DNA of 64,000 nt from IMG/VR virus record IMGVR_UViG_3300045738_001977, one strand, 5' to 3'. This stretch comes from an uncultured virus (IMG/VR IMGVR_UViG_3300045738_001977). Lineage: Duplodnaviria > Heunggongvirae > Uroviricota > Caudoviricetes. Each line of letters begins with the position of its first letter. Within the stretch, counting starts at the first letter, position 1. The translations under genes and the position numbers were made by a program. The notes below the pieces were generated by a model. That model made no database searches. It had not been told where the DNA came from and saw only the letters and a list, made by a program, of their open reading frames with translations. Shown one piece after another: positions 18,001-27,000 of the stretch.

Positions 18001-21000
18001 CCTCCGCGTCGCAATGGGAGATCACGTATTCCTATTTCGGCGGGGGAGGATCTCCACTGTGGCATCATACCAGTGATACAACTAATCCTACGTTCGCGTC
18101 ATGGGACAACGATATGAATTTTTCGATGGGGTACACCGGGACCCTCTCAAGTGTAGCGTGTGGTGGGCCGAGGTTGGTCGATCCGTACGCTCAACCCCCA
18201 AAGAAAACAATTATGCCATGGAATGATCCGCATGGTTCATACGATCATGAATGCGGAGTTAATGTTTGCGGCGCGACAAACCATATTAAACATTGTATTC
18301 ATAGTGATCCTGAATTTTTAGATAAATACATAAAACAAGAAGAAAAAGCAAGAGAAAGAATTTTATCAAAATCAAATCTATCTACAGCCGGTGGAGAATT
18401 ATACAAAATAAATGTATGGTTTAATATAGTTGGTGACACTCAGGGTATTGTTACTGACGCTATTTTAAACGAACAAATAGCAACGCTAAACGAGGACTTT
18501 AGAAAACAAAACTCTGATCTTACAAGCAGATGGACTGATCGACAAGGAGATATGTGGATTGAGTTTGTTTGGAATTCAGCAGACAAAAGCACCTCAACGG
18601 GCGTATACAATGGATCTCCTGTGAATAGTTGGCCGTATTATGATTCCAGCGATACAGCAAGTGACTATTATGACGCAAATTCTCCTTGGGGTCATTGCGA
18701 TTGTTACCCGTTAAAAAGCTCTCAGCATGGTGGGCTTGACGTTCATGGTCCAGAGACGTTTCTTCCACAAAGTTATTTAAACATTTGGGTTGCAAACTTG
18801 TCGGATGGACTTTTGGGCTGGGCCCAATTCCCCGGCCCCACATACGCCGGGTGGTGGTCAGCGCTAGATGGGATAGTTATTGATACTTTATCGCTTCCGA
18901 CAATAGGATCCTCCCCTTATAACCTAGGAAGAACGGCCGTCCATGAAGTGGGACATTATCTTGGTCTATGGCATATATGGGGAGATGGTGACTGCAGTAT
19001 AGACGATATAGTAAGCGATACTCCCATAGCGGCCGAACCAAACTTTGGGTGCCCAGATATAACAAGAGATTCCTGCCCAAACCACGCTGATCCAGACATG
19101 TGGGAAAACTACATGGATTACTCATACGACGCGTGTATGAACATGTTTACGAAAGGTCAGCGCACGCGAATGATAGATACCCTAGAGAATACAAGAACGG
19201 GAATTTATACGAAAGAAAATTGCCCAACATGTTTTGACTCGGCGACAACTACGACTTCTGCCGGAGCTACAACCACGGCTAACCCATCGACAACGACAAC
19301 CCCTCAGCCACCGACCTTAAGTGTAACTGGTGCCGCAGCATGCGTAAAGGTAGATGATATATATTGTTTAAGTTTTATTAATACCGCCTGCGATAAACGA
19401 GTGGTGGGAGAAGTTAAGATAACTGAGGTACTAATTGGCGCAACAGATACAACCAGCTGGATAACAGTAGAACCATTGTGTGACGCTTTGTTATTAGATA
19501 GTTTAGAAACTGGAGATAATATCAATTTATGCAAGGGACCATGCAGCGCGGCAGCCGGAGAGCTGTTTGTCGCCACAATCGATCCTACCTGCTCCGTAAA
19601 TGGAGATACTTGGATTAAAATAAACAGCGGTGGAAATATTACAAACTTTTACAAGAAAGAAAACGGTGTTTGGGCTGGGCAAGACTTAAATGATCCTTGC
19701 TTATTAGGAGTGACAACTACCGCTGCGCCGAGTTTAGATTGCTCGCAACCTCCGTATTGTCAGGAAATTATTATGAGCGAGGCTTCATCCAATTGGCCAC
19801 CTGCTCCGTTTTATTTAGAGCCTAACACTTTAAATGGTATGCCTGTGTGGCGCCGCTTTGGAGGTGCAGCAAACCCCTCGGTGGACAAATGGATATATTT
19901 CTGCCCATCGAACTGCACGGGGACAAGTGATACAGGTTGGATCTACGCTTATACCTCTGGGGGTGCGCCGGAAGTGGAGGTTAACGCGGGGGTTGGAGAA
20001 ACCCACCCAATCAATCCAAGCGGCTACTCGGCGTGTCCAGCAAGTTCCTCCGGACATCCTTGGCTTACTTTCCCCGGCGGCAGTGGCGATGTTGCTATAA
20101 TGACTTGGGGGGCGTGTGTGACAACTACCGTTGCGCCGACGACAACTACCGTTGCGCCGAGTGCGAATTGTTATCCGTCCGGGGGTGATCCAAACTGGGC
20201 TGATGTAAAACTTCTTATTCAGTCTGACACCACGGCTGTACCGGGTTCCTTTGATGATTCGTCTTCTAATCACACAATTGAAATATCGGGGAATCTTCAG
20301 CACACGACTACTGAAAAGAAATTCGAAAGCTCTTCCATGCATTTCGATGGCGCTAACTCCGGTTCCCCGCTGCTCCGGGTATACGATACGCCGCCAAATC
20401 AATGGGTGACGTCAACGGCGGCGAACAGCACCGATTGGGACTTTGCGGCTGATGATTTTACAATTGAATTCTGGTTTAAAGCAAAACCGGAGACGGAGCC
20501 ATACGATACCATTTTGTGTATGGGCCAAGCTTCTGCTCTGGGCATTAATGGTGGAGGGTGCGCGTTAAGTGAGGTATGCGGTAACAGCATACTCATTCAA
20601 GCGGGCGGCGCTGGCGTGGGCAGCGCGGGACGCTTAAACATTAAAATGTCGACTAACATGACCAGTTGGTTTCTGGATGAGAATGGCGGTACGGTTTCCG
20701 ATGGCCAAGGCGGCTACTTGACGCTTCCCTCTTACCCGACGCGAGACTTAACAGCATACTGGGGGACAGACATGGGGGCTTTCTCTACGGGTTGGACTCA
20801 TTTTGCAGTAACAAGAACCGGAGGAGCGTTTACCACTTTCGCTGACGGCGTCATACAAAGCACTTGGACGCCAACTCACGACGTGATGGACCCAGTCACC
20901 AATATCTGGACCTCCCACACCTTGGCTTTCCAACCGATGAGCGTGAGTAGCTTTGTTCTTGGGGGGTGGGAATTCGGTTGGGGCGATGGCCCTGTTCATC

Positions 21001-24000
21001 CTCAGATTGGCCTGCCTTCTCCGTACATATACGACGGATATCTTAAAGGATATCTGGAAGAGTTTAAAATTACCAAAGGGGTGTCTCGTTACGCTAGTGA
21101 CTTTAGTAACAATTTGCCGACCGGACCTTTTTGTGATTTTGCAGCTGCGACGACAACTACCGCTGCGCCGACGACAACTACCGCTACACCGACGACAACT
21201 ACCGCTGCGCCGACAACAACAACAACAACAACGCCTAGCCCCCTGCCTTACGGCCTGTATGTCGATGGTGTAGGCGGCGTAGAGACCATGGATGGCGATT
21301 TCAAAATCCACACATTCACATCAAGCGGAACGTTTCAGGTGACGGATGCGGGTGATTCGAGCGGTAGTGACTCGGTTGAGTATTTAGTGATTGCTGGCGG
21401 CGGCGCTGGGGGAGCGGGAGCCTGCACAAGTAATGCTTGGCGGAGTGGTGCTGGAGGCGGCGCGGGCGGGTATTTGACTGCCAGCGGATTTACCGTAGCT
21501 GTACAATCGTATTCCATATCAGTGGGCGCAGGGGGGGTCGGCGGACAAACATCCGAATATACGCAAGGTGGCGATGGAAGTGGGTCGGTGTTTTGGTCTG
21601 TATCTTCTACCGGCGGCGGGGGCGGCGCCGCCACCCAAAACGGAGATGGACGAGATGGCGGTTCCGGTGGCGGTTCTGCGTGCGACGGGTCTTACGGCGG
21701 TTCATGCCCGGCTGGCGCGGGGATTTCCGGGCAGGGCAACTCCGGTGGGCTCGGGGGGGCGGTTGGGACTACCTCTAATTATGGCGGTGGCGGGGGCGGC
21801 GCTGGTGAAGTTGGTAATACAGACGGACAAACATTCGGCGGCGATGGCCTATCTTCGAGCATCACAGGGACCTCGGTTCAACGCGGTGGCGGTGGCGGTG
21901 GTGGTAGCGGAAGTAACGTGTCCGGCAACGCTGGCGCAGGGGGTGGCGGTGAAGGAAGCAAGTTGTCTCCCACCGCGGGAACGGCAAACACAGGCGGTGG
22001 CGGCGGCGGTGCGGGCGGGAGCCAGTATGGGTATAGCAACGGTGGTTGTGCAGCGGCTAATGGCGGCTCAGGCGTCGTTATCATACGCTATCTACGTCCG
22101 ACCGGTTATCCGACGACAACTACCGCAGCGCCGACGACAACTACCGCTGCGCCAACGACAACAACTACCGCTGCGCCGACGACTACGACAACGACCGCTG
22201 TGCCGTGTTGGCCTTCCGGAGGAGATCCGGATTGGAATAGTGTAAAGTTTTTAATTGTCAATGATGGAAGCTTAGTCAGTGATTCTCGGGGTTTGTTCAC
22301 GTTTACCGTAGTACGCTCACCAAATATATCCGGCCCCGGATACTGCTCGATCGAAGCCTCCAGCCAGTCTCGGTTTGATAACTCCTCGATTTCTATGCAC
22401 GGTGGATCGAACGTTTGTGAAATCGTTGCCACCGGCGCGGGCACCGGAGGCGACGACACGACAATGGGCGGAGCAGCTGCACACACATTTGAGTGTTGGT
22501 TCCGTACTAATAGTACCGCCGTGCAAAGTTTAGTTACTAGATGCTCTAACCAACAATGGGGCGGTCTTCAAATCGACCCCGCATCTAATGAAATATTTTG
22601 GGGCGGAAATGTTCTCGGCACTGATCTGATTGCAACGGGAGTCACTATAAACACAGGTACTTGGTACCACATTGCAGCAGTGGTGGATGGAAATGGAAAT
22701 GCTGCTATATATTTTGACGGAAATAACGTTGCGAGCACATCGTCTTGGTCGCATTGGAATACTTCCAGCGGAAACCCGGTGGGCAGCCCGCCTAACTACC
22801 CTACACCCTCAAACAACATTACGATTGGCGCGCTTTGGTCCGGCTATAGCGGCAGCCCGGGTAATACTTTTGATGGAAACATGGAAGAAGTGCGTTTCAG
22901 TGGTGTTGCTCGTTACAGCAGCAATTTTTCTAACAATTTACCAACCGGACCGTTCTGCGATTACTTCGGGACGACAACCACGGCGGGGCCGACAACGACC
23001 GCTGCGCCGACGACAACAACTACCGCTGCGCCGACAACAACCGTTGCGCCGACTACAACCACCGCTGCGCCGACGACAACAACCGTTGCACCGACAACAA
23101 CAACTCCCGCTCCGGGAATGTCAATTACTCAACCATCTGCGGCAAGTTATGAAAATGCAGCTGCTGTTCCTGATTTGACAGTAGACATAACGGGAACCGC
23201 CCATAGTCATTGGCATTGGAGCATGGAGCCAATAGCGACAGCGTGCCCAGCTTCTGGTTATTCATATGTGTCTCCGACTTCTGCGGTTGCTGTTGCTCAG
23301 CACTCGAATGGTACCGGAAATGCGGCCGCCGCGATAGATGGTAATTCTTCCACGGGGTGGTTTCAAAATTCAGTATACTACCCGCCGGGCTACGTTAACC
23401 TCACGGATACAATAACTTTTGACCTTGGAGAAGAAAAGTGTATTAACGAAATCAATTGGGCCTTTAACGGCGTACTCAATAATTGGAATAACGATTCGGT
23501 TAGAATTTCTACAGATAACACAAATTGGACCACCATACCAAACTCCAGTTTTGCCGTTACGCATCCGGGGTTCACCTTCTCCATCACGCCAACGAAAGCG
23601 CGATATATTGAAATCCAAGTAAGACAGACCTGCACCGGCGAATGGTCCGCGTGTACGCGCGCCGAATGCTCGGAGTTTACGGTGAGCTGCGCAACCGCGC
23701 CCAATTCAGGAACCATGGTAACGTCTGGATTGACAGACGCAAACTGGGTTACAACCGCTAATCTACAGCCGGGAACTCATACAGTTTATACCGCTTTAGT
23801 TGACGGCAATCATGATTTATTATCACCGTCAGTAACAGACAGTCACCAATTTATAATTGGTCCAATGAGGCTTGTAGACGGTAACGTCCCTAACTGGATA
23901 CAACCATATCATCATGAGAACCTTGGAAATATAACCAACAGTTATATTACAAATAACAATCCAAAATTTAACGCTTGGTGCGTTCCAACCGCGGCAGCGT

Positions 24001-27000
24001 GTCAATTGGGGCATTTAAATTCTTACCACGGGCTTACTCTCCCCTCAAAAGCGGGCGGACACTCTCATGGAATAGATGATTTAAAAGACGCGGGACAACT
24101 TCCAACAAATGATTTAGGCAACATAATTGGAACTAAAGTCTGGGATTCTGAACACGGCTGGGGAGACTCCTTAATTGATGGCCCAAGCCCGCGACCAAGC
24201 ATGTACGTAATGCATACGTGGTATGACTATACGAACGTATTCCCATTGCCCGTCGGCACCGGTTGTATAACAACTGATTTTGGTTGGTATATGAATACCA
24301 ATAATTCTTCAGAAGATCAAAATGTATCAGGAACCCGAGTAGGAAATGGAATAATTAATCTTAGTGGGGCGGGTACAACCGTAGATAACGCTTACCTTGG
24401 GCTGAAAGATTTTTATAGGATGGCGGGATACCATAATATGGTTGGAATCATTTATCATAGAATGAGCGATGGCACAGTTGGTTCAATTCCTGTCGGTATA
24501 CCAACTCAGCCCCAAGGAATATATCCACGGCATTGGTTCGATCAAAATTTACATCTCAACACTGTAAATGTCAGCGGAACAGATTATATAATTACCGGCA
24601 TAGACAAGCAAATGACGTGGGAAACGATTAAGCGGGAGCTGGACGAAAGTAGAACCGTTATAGCTTGTACGCAGGGTTGGAATTTAGGAGTCTGGAACAA
24701 TGGGGCCCCTACGGCGCCTTCAACAACAGCGTATCATGCTAATTTCCCGAATACGACAAACGTATACGAAAAGGGTCAACCCCCGGGTCTAACTCCTGAC
24801 GGTAGTGACTATTATCATCTTGGGGTTGAGGCTAATGCCCATCCAAACCCCAATCATGTACAGCCTCAAACGACTGGAGATTCAACTGACCCGCCTCATT
24901 GGGGAGGTACAGCCTTAGGTCACACCATATTGATTGTCGGTTATATTCCTGCTGGTGCAGCAGATGATATTTCTTTAAATGGAGATACGGATTGGTTAAT
25001 CGTCAGAGATAATGATGAGACTACCGCTAGAAATGTTATTATCCCTTATACAAGCTTAGACAAAAACGCAACAAATACCACCAACGTCGATACAACAAGA
25101 TTCTTGGAAGACATGATCTTGGCTACGATATACACTGATTGGACTCATCCGACAACTGTAATTAATTTAGTAAATTGTACGCCCGCGACTACAACAACAA
25201 CCGCCGCGCCGACGACAACTACCTCTGCTCCGAGCTCTGTACCCACCTCTATTGAATACCTCATTGTAGGTGGTGGTGGCGGCGGTGGTGCTGGTTCAAC
25301 AGGGTACGGTCAAGGCGGCGGCGGTGCGGGCGGAGTGTCGGAAGACACATTCACAGGTACAATAACTGATCTGGAATGGGCTGTCACAGTTGGTGATGGT
25401 GGGGCTGACTCCACCGGTCAAGGCTATGATGGTGCAAATTCAGAAATAATAAATGGATCAACCCGTTTCGGTGGCGATTACGCAGGTGGCGGCGGCGGCG
25501 GTTCGGTTTTTTCCGCTGGCAGCGGAGGGAATGCGAACGATGGAGGCAGCGGCGGTGGCGGCGGTTCGGTTGCTAGTGGGGAGGGCACTGGTGGGTCAGC
25601 AACCGGACATGGAACAGGCTTTGATGGTGAAAACATAGGCCCCGGTAGCAATTTCGGTGGCGGTGGAGGCGGTGCGGGTGAAGCAGGCGGCAGTGATAAT
25701 CCCCAAACAGGCGGTGACGGAATTTCAAGCACGATTGAAGATGGTTCTACTAGCGTATTCTATGCGGGTGGAGGGGGCGGCGGTGGAACTACGCCCGGGC
25801 TCGGCGTCCCCGGTGACGGCGGTGGTGGGGCAGGTGGAGTTTCAGATGCGGGCGGTTCGGTAGGTGGTGTTGACGGCACAGCTAACACGGGTGGTGGTGG
25901 CGGTGGCGGGGGTACGAACTCCGATATGACCTCTGGCGGCAGCGGTGTAGTAATAATAAGCTACGACGACACATTTATAGCTCCAGATACAATTACAGGC
26001 ACGTACACTGACATTTCATACGCGGGGAAACGGGTATACAAATTTACTGGTAACGGAACATTTGGTTGGAATACGCCGACGACAACTACCGCTGCGCCGA
26101 CTACAACCCCGGCTCCAAGCTCTGGTAATTTTATTTACTCGGCTAATAACGTTAGCGGTTTGAACACTTACTCTGTTGATGGTTCTGGAAACCTGACGGC
26201 CATTGATTCAGATCCCGGAAATGGGTTTGGTGTCTGGGGGGATGGTACCTTTATTTACTTTGCCGCCAGCGCGGCCGGTTTGCGCACTTACTCCGTTGAT
26301 GGTTCTGGAAACCTAACACACATTGATTCAGATGATCAGGGTGATAATGCTTATGGTGTCTGGGGAGATGGTACCTTTATTTACTTGGCCAATGGCGCAG
26401 GTGGTTTGCACACTTACTCCGTTGATGGCTCTGGAAACCTGACGCACATAGATTCGGATGATCAGGGTGATACTTGGGGCTCGGTGAAGGTCTGGGGGGA
26501 CGGCAACTTTATTTACTTGGCTGAATACTATGGCGGTTTGCACTCTTACTCCGTTGATGGTTCTGGAAACCTGACGCACATAGATGTAGATATTCAGGGT
26601 ACTCGTGCTCAAGGTATCTGGGGAGATGGTACCTTTATTTACTTGGCAAGCACATACGGCGGTTTGCATTCCTATTCTGTTGATGGCTCTGGAATCCTGA
26701 CACACATTGATTCAGATGATCAGGGTGATGCGGCTTATGGTGTCTGGGGGGACGGCAACTTTATTTACTTGGCGAACGCGGCCGGTGGTCTGTTATCCTA
26801 CTCTGTTGACGGCTCTGGAAACCTGACGCACATAGATACAAATGATCCGGACGGTTATTCCGGTACTGGTGCTGGTGATTCTGCCATGGAAGTATGGGGA
26901 GATGGTACATATATCTACTTGGCGAACGCGACCGGCGGGACGCAGTCCTATTCCGTTGATGGTTCTGGAAACCTGACGCACATAGACTCAGTACCGGTCG

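Noticed and set aside
19030..19050. AEPNFG in the M43 domain as another PNF motif
   Set aside because: Lacks G[FY][VI] and lies within the normal M43 Cys-containing segment.
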